DNA of 64,000 nucleotides from a bacterium. GTDB taxonomy: Bacteria > Patescibacteriota > Dojkabacteria > JAOAGR01 > JBAXGO01. Made by a program: the position numbers and the translations under genes. The DNA is taken from positions 4,503-68,502 of the forward strand of contig JBAXGO010000001.1 in assembly GCA_037139335.1 (NCBI GenBank). Direction: 5' to 3'. Of this stretch, positions 33,257 through 43,162 are shown one piece after another (position 1 is the first letter of the stretch; each line of letters begins with the position of its first letter). Below the pieces are notes generated by a model that saw only the letters and a program-made list of their open reading frames with translations, searched no databases and was not told the DNA's origin.

Positions 33257-34468
33257 ATGACAATAGATAATACTGGTAATAGAAAAAGAAATAGTGTCGA
33301 TTTTCACTCTGCTTTTCGTGTAAAACAATTGCGGAAGCCTAGGCTTTTCAGATTTGGTAAAACCGAAAAAGATAAAAATGCTTTATCTATTCCCAAAAAA
33401 ACATATTCAATAAAAAAGACTTTCTTTGGGCTTTCCATATTACTAAAGAGATCCAAAAAATTACTTTACAAGAACTTTTTTTGGGGACGTGGTATTTATT
33501 ATAAATACTCAGTAGTTTTTGTAATACTATTAACATTGCTTCCAATCGGTGCATTTGCTAATAATATTAAAAAAGAAGAGAAGGATATTCCAGGTACACC
33601 AGCTACTTTCTATGATGCGGCTTTTGACACTGGCGGTAAGACCGTAATATTGAATAATAAAAATATTGATAATATTCAAGTTTATCAGGTCCAAAACGGA
33701 GATACTTTATCCAGTATTGCTACTAAATTTGGTATTACAGTAGATACTCTTACATATGTTAATCAATTGAATGATTATTCTATATTAAAAGTAGGTACTT
33801 CACTAAAAATATTACCCGTTTCAGGAATTTTATATAAAGTTAATTCGGGTGATACGCTGACAAGTATTGCGAAAAAATATAATATTGCACAAAGTGGATA
33901 CTCGGAACAAGTTATATTGGATATTAATAATCTAGACAGTACTGATTTGAATGTTAATCAAGAAATACTCGTCCCAGGTGCAATAATAGAAAAACCAAAA
34001 CCAATACAAGATCCTGTCGTAGCTCGAACTTCAACGCGAATAATTGTTGTTCCTTCTGGTTCAACATTATTTATTCCACCTACTGCTGGAATAGGTTCTA
34101 TTTCTACATGTTACAGTAGTGTTCATCCTGCTGTGGACATTGCTTCCAATTCATATCCTCCTTTGGTTGCTTCTGCTTCTGGGCGTGTCGTGTATGCCGG
34201 GTATGGCCTTTCTGGTGGTTCAGGAATAGCAGTTAGCATAGATCATGGAAATGGATATATCACACAATATTTACATCTTTCACAACTATCTGTTAGTGCA
34301 GGAGATAACGTACAGCAAGGCCAACAAATTGGTATAATGGGTAGTACAGGTAAAAGCACAGGGCCTCATGTTCATTTTATAATCAAATATAATGGGGTAA
34401 ATCAGAATCCTTTTGAATATGTAAATTTAAGTGATTATCCTAGAGAATATACTGCAACTAGTTGTTAA
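33257..34468 (+). CDS. LysM-LysM-M23 peptidoglycan endopeptidase
   Basis: TM helix, two LysM repeats (YQVQNGDTLSSIA, YKVNSGDTLTSIA), HPAVD and HVH zinc motifs. Confidence 0.93.
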   Translation: MTIDNTGNRKRNSVDFHSAFRVKQLRKPRLFRFGKTEKDKNALSIPKKTYSIKKTFFGLSILLKRSKKLLYKNFFWGRGIYYKYSVVFVILLTLLPIGAFANNIKKEEKDIPGTPATFYDAAFDTGGKTVILNNKNIDNIQVYQVQNGDTLSSIATKFGITVDTLTYVNQLNDYSILKVGTSLKILPVSGILYKVNSGDTLTSIAKKYNIAQSGYSEQVILDINNLDSTDLNVNQEILVPGAIIEKPKPIQDPVVARTSTRIIVVPSGSTLFIPPTAGIGSISTCYSSVHPAVDIASNSYPPLVASASGRVVYAGYGLSGGSGIAVSIDHGNGYITQYLHLSQLSVSAGDNVQQGQQIGIMGSTGKSTGPHVHFIIKYNGVNQNPFEYVNLSDYPREYTATSC

Positions 34469-34478
34469 AAACAAATAA

Positions 34479-35255
34479 ATGAGTTTTATAAGTGGTGAAA
34501 TAAAAAAATTAATGTTTACTCTTTTTGGTGCGGCTTTGTTGATGTTGGGCCTAGTCTGGGTTGCTGGTAATTCGCAGTCAATATTCACTATGTCAAAAAA
34601 AATTGTAAATACTATTACTGGTACTAAGCAATATTCTGATCAATATAAATATAATTTAGATAAGTCAAAAACATATTATCTAAATATTGATACAAATCTT
34701 GGAAAAATGTCTTTCCTTTTATACAAAGATAATGCTCCAAATACTGTGAATAATATTGTCAATTTAACGAAGGATAAATTTTATGATAATACGAAAAGTA
34801 TTGAAATCACTCCAAATTATATTTTAACTGGTAAAGGTTCTAGTAATTCAGAAACCGAATATCGAATTCGAGAAGAGATTAATGCAAATAGTTTGGGGTT
34901 GGACAGGACAACCGTTGGAGATAATTTCTCAATGTTATCAGAACATTTCAATCAACAAGTCTTGAATAAAAATAGTACATTGTCTGTTAAGGATTATTAT
35001 GTTTTAGAAGGATATTCGTATACGGAAAATATTACGTCAAAAAAAATCAAGAAAGGATCTCTAGTTATGTATTCTGAAGTTGCTAATGGTTTTGGTAATA
35101 AGTTTTTCATTTCTACCCAAAATAATCTACCAGCAATTGATGGTCGTATGACTAATTTTGGTGAAATTGTAAACGGTTCTGATGTTTTGGATAAAATTAT
35201 TGCATCTACATCCAAAAATGTTAAAATAGACTCAATTACCATAACAGAAAAGTGA
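34479..35255 (+). CDS. Membrane-anchored cyclophilin-like protein (degenerate)
   Basis: IDTNLGKM..LYKDNAPNTVNN..FYD, FFIS, TNFGEIVNG.DVLDKI. Confidence 0.8.
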   Translation: MSFISGEIKKLMFTLFGAALLMLGLVWVAGNSQSIFTMSKKIVNTITGTKQYSDQYKYNLDKSKTYYLNIDTNLGKMSFLLYKDNAPNTVNNIVNLTKDKFYDNTKSIEITPNYILTGKGSSNSETEYRIREEINANSLGLDRTTVGDNFSMLSEHFNQQVLNKNSTLSVKDYYVLEGYSYTENITSKKIKKGSLVMYSEVANGFGNKFFISTQNNLPAIDGRMTNFGEIVNGSDVLDKIIASTSKNVKIDSITITEK

Positions 35256-35791
35256 CGGAAAAGATAAAATCTTTTTTTACATTTTTCTTGGTAAAAGTCC
35301 TCCCTGTAATCATTTTCATCCTATTATCATTTGGTCTTTTCTTTTTTATTACGAAAGAAGGGCAGAGAACTACCGAGATATTTGTAAAAATTCACATAGC
35401 AGGAGCTGTAGTTAGTCCAGGACAATATGAACTAAAAAATGGTTCAATTGTGGATGATGCTATACAAAAAGCAGGAGGTTTCGCCTCTAATTATGATGCT
35501 GTCTATGTAGAAGAGAAAATAAATCTAGCAAAGAAATTAAAGGACGAGGATAAAATATTTATTCCATTCAAGCAAGAAGATACTTCAGCTGCTGAAGGTG
35601 TTTCAATAACTGGAAAAATCAGTATTAATAAGGCTGATGCTAAACAATTAGATTTACTTCCTGGAATAGGTGAGGTTACTGCAAAAAAAATAATATCTGG
35701 TAGACCGTATGCCAAAGTTACTGATTTAGTTGATAAAAAAATAATCAGCCAGTCTGTATATGATAAAATCAAATCCCAAATTGATTTATGA
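35252..35791 (+). CDS. comEA: Competence DNA-binding protein ComEA
   Basis: TM helix, SLBB domain (HIAGAVVSPG, INLA), HhH (INKADAKQLDLLPGIG). Confidence 0.93.
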   Translation: MTEKIKSFFTFFLVKVLPVIIFILLSFGLFFFITKEGQRTTEIFVKIHIAGAVVSPGQYELKNGSIVDDAIQKAGGFASNYDAVYVEEKINLAKKLKDEDKIFIPFKQEDTSAAEGVSITGKISINKADAKQLDLLPGIGEVTAKKIISGRPYAKVTDLVDKKIISQSVYDKIKSQIDL

Positions 35792-37163
35792 ATATGTTAA
35801 AAATAGAGTTGATTTGATTTCATTATCTATTGGTGTCTTTCTTGTTGGATATTATTTGGGGGTTGGAATTAAGGGGGATTTTTTTCTTTTTTTCTTTCTT
35901 ATTCTTTGTTTTATTGTTTTAATAATATATAAAAAAGTAGAATTTGTTATACTTTTTATTTTTATATTTGGTATATTTTATTCGTTTCAACTCTTTTCTT
36001 TTCTTTCAACTAGTAATGTGAATGTTGATTCCTCAGTAGATTATGTTGGTTCATATAAAATTATTAGTATTAAAAGATTATTATGGTATAGTGAGAAAGT
36101 TGTCATGAATAACAGCTATTTCTTTCCTACTAGCGGAAGTCGAATTAAGTGCACAAGTGTTGAAAATTTCGAATTTGTAACAGATCCGGAATTAATTAAC
36201 CAAGGAATTAGAAGAAGTGCTACTTGCATTAAGGCCCAATACTATTCGGATAATTCTACATTTGTAAATATTAGGAATAGATTGTCTCAGAATTTTGATA
36301 GTTTCAATTATGATACTTCAAATGTTTTGAAAGGTATTACTTTAGGCATTAAGCCACCGCAAGAACTGAATGAGGCTTTTCGCAATGCAGGTATTTCGCA
36401 TATTCTAGTTATATCGGGATTTAATATAACTCTAATTCTTTTAATCATAACTCAGTTAATAAAAAAATTACCAACATTTTATAAAATATATTCATCAATT
36501 TTTTTTGTTGTTATATTTGTCCTTATTGTTGGACCTACCGCTCCTGTTTTACGTGCTGCTGTAATGGGCTTTATAGCATATTTAGCAACATTTCAATTCA
36601 AAAACTTATCATATGTACGAATATTATTAATTTCGGTAATAATCATGTTATTTCTAGATAACTACATTCTTTTTAACGTTAGTTTTCATCTGTCGTTTTT
36701 AGCAACTTTAGGCATTATTCTCTTTGGAAATATTACTAGAGATCTTTTCAAAATATTGCCAGATATTATTGGAGTACCATTTTCACAATCACTTTCTGCT
36801 GGAGTCTTTACTATACCGTATACTATAAATGTGTTTAGCTCCTTTTCGCCTATGTTATTGTTTACAAACATTATGGTAATTCCCTATATATCGTTGCTTT
36901 CTATTCTTGCGTATTTATATATGATATTTCCTAATATATTGTTTCGCTTCCCACTTGAAATTATGTCAAATTTTATTATTCAATTAGTTTTGTTTATATC
37001 GTCATTTTCTCTATCGAATATGCCTGCTGGCATACAGATTAAAGAGCTGGTTCTTTTTATCCTATTTGTAATAATCTCCTTGGTGGTTGGGATTTATGTG
37101 GTCAGAAAACTTTTGCTATATACGAGGATTGCAAAAAAATGTAAATTTAAGTACTATTGCTAG
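35760..37163 (+). CDS. comEC: Competence channel ComEC, lacking the MBL domain (start uncertain)
   Basis: GISHILVISGFN, PVLRAAVM, SFHLSFLATLGI; multi-TM. Confidence 0.9.
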   Translation: MIKSNPKLIYEYVKNRVDLISLSIGVFLVGYYLGVGIKGDFFLFFFLILCFIVLIIYKKVEFVILFIFIFGIFYSFQLFSFLSTSNVNVDSSVDYVGSYKIISIKRLLWYSEKVVMNNSYFFPTSGSRIKCTSVENFEFVTDPELINQGIRRSATCIKAQYYSDNSTFVNIRNRLSQNFDSFNYDTSNVLKGITLGIKPPQELNEAFRNAGISHILVISGFNITLILLIITQLIKKLPTFYKIYSSIFFVVIFVLIVGPTAPVLRAAVMGFIAYLATFQFKNLSYVRILLISVIIMLFLDNYILFNVSFHLSFLATLGIILFGNITRDLFKILPDIIGVPFSQSLSAGVFTIPYTINVFSSFSPMLLFTNIMVIPYISLLSILAYLYMIFPNILFRFPLEIMSNFIIQLVLFISSFSLSNMPAGIQIKELVLFILFVIISLVVGIYVVRKLLLYTRIAKKCKFKYYC

Positions 37164-37190
37164 TAAATTTTTATTTATTAATATTTTTTT

Positions 37191-37817
37191 ATGCATCGAG
37201 ATGATGAAAAGCTAAAGGGGATAATCAAAGAAAAAACCCTTGTTATAATTAAACCAGATGGAGTTCTACGAAAGATTGTTGGTGAATTAATAACAAGATT
37301 CGAAAGAAAAGGTCTCAAAATCATAGCTATGAAAATGGTTTGGCCTACAAAAGAACTTGTAGAGCAACATTATACAGATAGCGAAGAATGGCTAATGGAT
37401 ACTGGTACTAGAACTTACAATAGTTATTTAGAAAAAGGTGTTAAATTGGACAAAACTCCAAAAGAATTAGCTCTTGATGTAAGAAGAAGATTAATGGATC
37501 ATCTTACTGCAGGTCCTGTTGTTGTTTTGGTACTTCAAGGTGCTCACGCAATAGAAGTAGTAAGACGAATGAGAGGTTCTACAAGTCCATTAAAGGCAGA
37601 TGTTGGCACAATAGGCTTCGATTACACACTTGAATCTTATGAGCTTTCTGACGCTGGTGGTTGGGCTATTAGAAATGTTATTCATGCAAGTGACAGTGTT
37701 CAAAATTCTGCAAGAGAAATGGGAATTTGGTTTAAACCAGAAGATATTATTGAATATTCAACAGCAATTGATGATGTTCTTTATGACACAAATTGGTATG
37801 GTGCTTTTACCAGATAA
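37191..37817 (+). CDS. ndk: Nucleoside diphosphate kinase (long form)
   Basis: EKTLVIIKPDGV, GTI, RNVIHASDS. Confidence 0.94.
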   Translation: MHRDDEKLKGIIKEKTLVIIKPDGVLRKIVGELITRFERKGLKIIAMKMVWPTKELVEQHYTDSEEWLMDTGTRTYNSYLEKGVKLDKTPKELALDVRRRLMDHLTAGPVVVLVLQGAHAIEVVRRMRGSTSPLKADVGTIGFDYTLESYELSDAGGWAIRNVIHASDSVQNSAREMGIWFKPEDIIEYSTAIDDVLYDTNWYGAFTR

Positions 37818-38067
37818 AATTTGTCGGAATTTAGTAAAGAGGCTTAATAAGCCTCTTTTTTGTTTTATAAAACATGAATTAATCATAGTGAGAGAGCAGA
37901 AATAGAGTAGGATCTAGTTCTTAATAATAAACCGTTTTTTGGAATAATATGTTTTGTCTAGTTAATATAGGGGAAATTTGATATTATTAGCGTTATTGTG
38001 TGAGTATAATCTTAACATTAATAAGATTTGTTTTATCAAATAATAAAGTTAAAGTTGATTGTGTTCA

Positions 38068-38144
38068 CAGGGTATAGCTTAGTTGGCTAAAGCGCCAGGC
38101 TGGGGGTCTGGAGATCGGTGGTTCGAGCCCACTTACCCTGACCA
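38068..38144 (+). tRNA. tRNA-Pro (GGG)
   Basis: CAGGGTA/TACCCTG acceptor stem, anticodon loop CTGGGGG, encoded CCA. Confidence 0.93.
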
Positions 38145-38148
38145 TATA

Positions 38149-38221
38149 GCTTCCGTAGCTCAGGGGATAGAGCGAGGCACTCCTAACGCCTAGGCCGTAG
38201 GTTCGAATCCTACCGGAAGCA
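38149..38221 (+). tRNA. tRNA-Arg (CCT)
   Basis: GCTTCCG/CGGAAGC acceptor stem, anticodon loop CTCCTAA; CCA not encoded. Confidence 0.93.
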
Positions 38222-38222
38222 A

Positions 38223-39551
38223 TTAATCATTTCCAAATTTAATATATTTTATTTCCGATTTGGAGCCAAAATATATGTAGCTATCAGATCCGTTTTGGGT
38301 CATTAGGAAAGATGTTGATGCATCTTCAGTGACTATATTATCCTGACCTCCAAAATCCGCTAAGTGTATTTTATATTCGCTGTCTGAATAAAAAAACGTA
38401 AATAAATCTGGGAAAACTTGCATGTCTATCGGTGAATATTTTAAGCCTATTGTGAAATATTTATCTTTTGATAATAAACTAATCTTATTTTTTCCTATTA
38501 AGTATGCGGTATTTCGATCCTGAATTTTTATGCTAGATATATTCTTTTCAAATTCTATAATTTTATTTTTATTTAGTTTGTAAATAATGTCGTTATTTAT
38601 TATATAAATGTTTTGATAAAAATATGACATCGAAATATTATTTTTCGCGAATTCGTCGGGTGAATCTACTATTTCTGTTTTATTTTGTGAAACTCCGTCT
38701 ATGCTAAATGTTTCGATATATATTTTATCATTCTCGGCATAAATAATATAAATGTTGTTATTTTCTCCGATCGAATATGATTTTATGCTTCCTGTGAATA
38801 CTAGGTTCTTTTGTACTTTTTGGATATCGCTTATATTGAATGAGTATAATAACTGTTCGTATCTAATAATTAGATAATTATCTCTTAGCTCATATGATGT
38901 TATGGCTCCTGATGGAATTAATGATGATATGTCGCTAAATATGGATTTATTGAAGTCGATTAGCAATGTCTTTTTATCATCGCTTATTAGCACTGAATTA
39001 CCGTTATCGTTGTGTGTTATTTTAATACTTTTACTAAAATCTAGGACGCCCGTAATATTTACACCAACAATTGTACTATCTACATTAAAAAGTGATTTAT
39101 TAAGTGTTAATCTTTCAATGAAAATTTTATTATCTTCTTTAACTGTATAAAACATAAATCTTTCAGAAGTACTTATATTACTTATGTTTTCTCGTATCGA
39201 ATTAATTTTGATATGATTGGGGATTAAAATAGGGCTTATGTATATGACTTCTCCTTGCTTAATATCTACTGAAGTAGTGTAATCCTTTCTGCTATCCTTG
39301 GTTATTTTGAATGTGTAATTTTTTTGATCAAGCTGCTTGAAAGAATGGTTCCTTTCATCCTTATATTTTTCGTTATTAAATAGTACTGTTGTATTATCTT
39401 CTAGATTTTCAATGGTTAGGGCGCCAGTTTGGACGAGAACTTTCTTTTCGAAATCATATTTATAACCTGTCGCAATAATGTATACAATTATTACTATAAG
39501 CAAAAGTAAAAAAAACTCCATTATATTAAAAATATTTTTAAAACGTTTCAT
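38223..39551 (-). CDS. Membrane-anchored PEGA-like plus beta-propeller-like protein
   Basis: N-terminal TM followed by ATGYKYD..QTGAL.I, PEGA-like segment, beta-strand-rich C-terminus. Confidence 0.65.
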   Translation of the reverse strand: MKRFKNIFNIMEFFLLLLIVIIVYIIATGYKYDFEKKVLVQTGALTIENLEDNTTVLFNNEKYKDERNHSFKQLDQKNYTFKITKDSRKDYTTSVDIKQGEVIYISPILIPNHIKINSIRENISNISTSERFMFYTVKEDNKIFIERLTLNKSLFNVDSTIVGVNITGVLDFSKSIKITHNDNGNSVLISDDKKTLLIDFNKSIFSDISSLIPSGAITSYELRDNYLIIRYEQLLYSFNISDIQKVQKNLVFTGSIKSYSIGENNNIYIIYAENDKIYIETFSIDGVSQNKTEIVDSPDEFAKNNISMSYFYQNIYIINNDIIYKLNKNKIIEFEKNISSIKIQDRNTAYLIGKNKISLLSKDKYFTIGLKYSPIDMQVFPDLFTFFYSDSEYKIHLADFGGQDNIVTEDASTSFLMTQNGSDSYIYFGSKSEIKYIKFGND

Positions 39552-39604
39552 CTAAATAATATGATATAATGAAATATATCATTATTTTACCGTAATTTCT
39601 AATA

Positions 39605-40600
39605 ATGTTTCGAAAAACAATAGCGATAGACTTTGGTTCGGTTAAAACAGTAGTTGTCGGAGAAGGAGGGGATATTCTATATCAAGAACCTTCTATCGTT
39701 GCAATTGATAGTATTTCAAATAAGGTAATTGCCATTGGTGAAGAAGCTCAGAAAACAATAGGAAAGACACCAGAAAATATTGCTGTAGCATATCCTATCA
39801 AAGAAGGTGTTATATCTAGTCCTAGAGTAGCAGCCGCTGTACTTTCATATATAATTTCAAAAATTTCAAAAAAAAATCGGTTGTTTAAACCTGATTTAAT
39901 ACTATCTATTCCTGTAGGAATAACTTCAGTTGAGCGTAGAGCTATGTATGAAGCTGGTATGGCTGCAGGAGCTCGAGAAGTTTACCTTGTTCCATCGTTA
40001 TTATGTGCCGCACTTGGCTCGGAAATGGATATTAATTCTGCCTTTGGCAATACAATAATTTCAGTTGGAGGTGGTATTACAGAAATGGGAATAATGTCAT
40101 TGGGAGGGTTAGTTTTATCCAATTCAACTAGGCTTGCAGGTATTAGTATAACTGAGTCTATTATTACTCATATTAAAAAACATCATCAGTTGATTATTGG
40201 CTTTTCTATGGGAGAGATTGTGAAAACTAAGATTGGTAACGCTATTCGAGTTGACGAGCAATTAGAAGTGGAAGTTCGTGGACGTGATGCTACTACTAAT
40301 ATGCCCAAGAATATAGTTTTGCAAACGAATGACATTATTGATGCTATTAAACCTACATTGATGAATATTGTTGTGATGATAAAGCAGATAATGGAAAAAA
40401 CTCCACCAGAATTATCTTCAGATCTTGTTGATGCTGGAGTTATGGTCGCAGGAGGATCTGCTATGTTACCAAATATTGCTTCAGTTTTTACGAAAAGTAT
40501 TGGAGTATCTTTTTATGTTGCTGACAATCCAGCTCTTTTAGTCGCAGAAGGTTTACAACTTATTATTAAACAGCCAGAGCTGTATACAACATATAAATAA
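39605..40600 (+). CDS. MreB paralog (divergent)
   Basis: AIDFGS, EPSIVAI, IGKTPENI..PIKEGVI, EVRGRD, KTPPEL, AGGSAML. Confidence 0.9.
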   Translation: MFRKTIAIDFGSVKTVVVGEGGDILYQEPSIVAIDSISNKVIAIGEEAQKTIGKTPENIAVAYPIKEGVISSPRVAAAVLSYIISKISKKNRLFKPDLILSIPVGITSVERRAMYEAGMAAGAREVYLVPSLLCAALGSEMDINSAFGNTIISVGGGITEMGIMSLGGLVLSNSTRLAGISITESIITHIKKHHQLIIGFSMGEIVKTKIGNAIRVDEQLEVEVRGRDATTNMPKNIVLQTNDIIDAIKPTLMNIVVMIKQIMEKTPPELSSDLVDAGVMVAGGSAMLPNIASVFTKSIGVSFYVADNPALLVAEGLQLIIKQPELYTTYK

Positions 40601-40783
40601 TTAAAAGTTAATAGTTAAACATTAACCATTATTAACTGCATATTACTCCATTCTGAGCTTTGTTCTTTAATACTTTTTTTATGGATTTGTTGATAAAGCT
40701 GTATTACAACTGGTGCAAAATATTCTGTCCTTTTAAAAAAGTCTCGAATTACGAAAGTACAAACTTAGTGCCAGTCGGGTGTC

Positions 40784-40809
40784 TGTCATCCCAGCGAAAG
40801 CTGGGATCC
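40784..40809. repeat. REP-like palindrome
   Basis: TGTCATCCCAGC-GAAA-GCTGGGATCC. Confidence 0.7.
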
Positions 40810-40830
40810 AGTATTAATCTTATAATCATA

Positions 40831-41091
40831 TTAAACATGAAAAATATCTTTTAAAATATACTTCTGAATAATATATATAATGCCTCCAATTAAATCTTCA
40901 AAAGCCAGAATAAGGTATACTGAATCTTTAAATAGAAGAAATAATATTACTGAAATTAAAAATATTTCAATTACCATTATCTCAAAAATTTTTCTTAGTC
41001 GTCTTCGGGGATTGTGGCGCGAGATATTATCTTTTATTTCAGATTCTATTTCTTGTTGCTTTAAACTCCTTATGTTATTACTTTTTCCCAT
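40831..41091 (-). CDS. Small two-TM membrane protein
   Basis: 86 aa, charged N-terminus followed by two hydrophobic helices. Confidence 0.5.
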   Translation of the reverse strand: MGKSNNIRSLKQQEIESEIKDNISRHNPRRRLRKIFEIMVIEIFLISVILFLLFKDSVYLILAFEDLIGGIIYIIQKYILKDIFHV

Positions 41092-41260
41092 ATGCCTTCC
41101 TTATTATCCCTTCAATCTGCTTTGGGTTTAACAATGGGTAGCCAGCGACAACGATGAATATATATCCTTGGTTTAGTAACCAGCTTAGAAAGAATGCTAG
41201 AATGACAATAAAATACATTTGTAACGTTTTTTCTTTAAATTTTGTTTTTCCTACTTCCAT
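41078..41260 (-). CDS. Small membrane protein
   Basis: 60 aa, hydrophobic core; overlaps the next gene by 14 nt. Confidence 0.45.
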   Translation of the reverse strand: MEVGKTKFKEKTLQMYFIVILAFFLSWLLNQGYIFIVVAGYPLLNPKQIEGIIRKAYGKK

Positions 41261-41417
41261 CGAGTAAATCTAATCATATTAGATTTATATCTCAATATTG
41301 GGGAATTACCAAAATACTGAGATATAAATACTAATAGAATAAATAGTAAATGTACGACTTATTAAATGACTATTACCAAAATTTTACTTATTATAATACT
41401 GATAGAGGTTCTGACGA

Positions 41418-41443
41418 GATTTCTCATTTCATTCGAAATGACA
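41418..41443. repeat. REP-like palindrome, inverted copy of 11696-11721
   Basis: Reverse complement TGTCATTTCGAATGAAATGAGAAATC matches 24/26. Confidence 0.7.
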
Positions 41444-41474
41444 GTGATAATAGGAAAAAGAGTGGGGGGGAAAC

Positions 41475-41501
41475 AAAAAAGAGCACCATTATGGTGCTCT
41501 T
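41475..41501 (-). terminator. Terminator after rplL
   Basis: AAGAGCACCA/TGGTGCTCTT hairpin; the adjacent A-run is a U-tract on the minus strand. Confidence 0.85.
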
Positions 41502-41521
41502 AATCTTAGAGTTTGAGTAAC

Positions 41522-41899
41522 TTATTTTACTGTTACTGTTGCTCCTGCTTCTTCTAATTTTGCTTTTGCTTTTTCTGCATCTTCTTTCTTTATACCCTGC
41601 AATACCATCTTTGGTGCTGCGTCTACAAGGTCTTTTGCTTCCTTGAGTCCAAGTGCTGAATTTAATTCTCTTACTGCCTTGATAACAGCAATTTTGTTAC
41701 CACCAGCTGATGTTATTTCTACATCAAATGCTGTCTTTTCTTCTACTGCTTCTGCTGCTGCTGCTGGAGCTGCAACTGCCATAGCTGGCATAGCTGCTGA
41801 TACACCGAATTTTTCTTCGAGTGCTTTTACTAAATCGCTTACTTCAACGATGTTTAATTCGCTGATCTGTTCGATGATTTGTTCAATTTTTGTTGACAT
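41522..41899 (-). CDS. rplL: 50S ribosomal protein L7/L12
   Basis: [28 protein letters not shown]. Confidence 0.98.
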   Translation of the reverse strand: MSTKIEQIIEQISELNIVEVSDLVKALEEKFGVSAAMPAMAVAAPAAAAEAVEEKTAFDVEITSAGGNKIAVIKAVRELNSALGLKEAKDLVDAAPKMVLQGIKKEDAEKAKAKLEEAGATVTVK

Positions 41900-41921
41900 A
41901 ATTATATAAAATTAATAAATA

Positions 41922-42428
41922 TTATTTAATTTGAGATAAAACAGAGACTAGTTTTTGGATAGGACTCTGAAGATCTTTAACCAATAGTGTTGCAGGAGTA
42001 GCAAGTATGGAAACTAGTTTCCCATTTACTTGATATGCACTACCCAAACCTGCGATTTCTTTCAATCTACTGCCGTTATAAACGTTTGTTCCGACAACTA
42101 CAGAATTAATCTTGTAGTCATTCTCTGATAAAAATTTACTTAATGCTCCAGCATCTTCAATTAGACTTGTTCCTACGAACAATACGTTATTGTAGTCAGC
42201 TGCATTAATCTCGATACCTTCTTCCTTAACTGCTAAATTGAACAATGTGTTCTTAATTAGAGTTAATTTTGCATCATCACTTAATACTTTCTTCAGAGCT
42301 TGTGTCTTTGAAGCGTTAAGTGAACCGCTGAACAAATATATACCAGCTGCTTTATTTACCAGCTTTCTATAATTTTCAACTAATTGTTTTTTTTGGTTTG
42401 TATTTTTTGCCATAGTTTTAAAAAACAA
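41922..42428 (-). CDS. rplJ: 50S ribosomal protein L10 (start probably MAKN)
   Basis: Position between rplA and rplL; KNTL motif. Confidence 0.88.
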   Translation of the reverse strand: MFFKTMAKNTNQKKQLVENYRKLVNKAAGIYLFSGSLNASKTQALKKVLSDDAKLTLIKNTLFNLAVKEEGIEINAADYNNVLFVGTSLIEDAGALSKFLSENDYKINSVVVGTNVYNGSRLKEIAGLGSAYQVNGKLVSILATPATLLVKDLQSPIQKLVSVLSQIK

Positions 42429-42430
42429 AA

Positions 42431-42532
42431 ATCTCAGCTAAATTCGCTGAGACAAAACAAATAATACCATTTTATGTAGTTTTATTTGTCTAACCAGGAT
42501 TTATTCCTACCGGAACCTAGTGTCTCAGACGT
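42431..42532 (-). promoter_or_regulatory. L10 leader (autogenous regulation) candidate
   Basis: Minus strand GTCTGAGACACTAGG...CCTGGTTAGAC kink-turn-like stem, followed by a terminator-like hairpin TCTCAGC/GCTGAGA before rplJ. Confidence 0.6.
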
Positions 42533-42553
42533 TTGGTATAATACCAGATTGAT

Positions 42554-43159
42554 TTAAATTAGTCTATAGGGAACGCCCATTGATGTTTTAACAAAAATGC
42601 TTTTCACCTTAGTATTAAAGTTCTTTTCGATTCCTTCGCTTAATGTCTTGACTGTGTATTCAATGTTTTCAGAAAGTTTTTCATCATCCATTGATTTTTT
42701 ACCTACTGCTAATTGGATTTGACCTGATTTATTACTCTTAATATTGATTTTACCAGATTTGAATTCACCAATTGCCTTTGCTACATCTTTGGTAACTGTT
42801 CCGTTTTTTGGATTTGGCATAAGACCTGATGAACCAAGATATTTACCTAATATTGCGATTTTTGGCATAACTGTTGGTGTTGCTATTACAACATCAAATT
42901 CTCTCCATCCATTCTTTATTTTCTCTACAAAATCTTCCAATCCAATGAAGTCTGCACCTTTTGCACCATCAGCTTCTGATTTATCGCAAAGAACAAGAAC
43001 TGATTTCTGTTTTCCAAATGAATTTGGAATGTTGATATCCATTCTAATTGCTGCATCTCCAGATTTTGGCTGAACAACAGAAAGTATTACTTCAACTGAT
43101 TCATCAAACTTTCTAACTTTTTGTGATTTTATCTTTTTTAGAATATTCTTAGTGTCCAT
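42554..43159 (-). CDS. rplA: 50S ribosomal protein L1
   Basis: KFDESVE, FDVVIATP, GLMPNPKNGTVT, KTSMG. Confidence 0.96.
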   Translation of the reverse strand: MDTKNILKKIKSQKVRKFDESVEVILSVVQPKSGDAAIRMDINIPNSFGKQKSVLVLCDKSEADGAKGADFIGLEDFVEKIKNGWREFDVVIATPTVMPKIAILGKYLGSSGLMPNPKNGTVTKDVAKAIGEFKSGKINIKSNKSGQIQLAVGKKSMDDEKLSENIEYTVKTLSEGIEKNFNTKVKSIFVKTSMGVPYRLI

Positions 43160-43162
43160 TTA

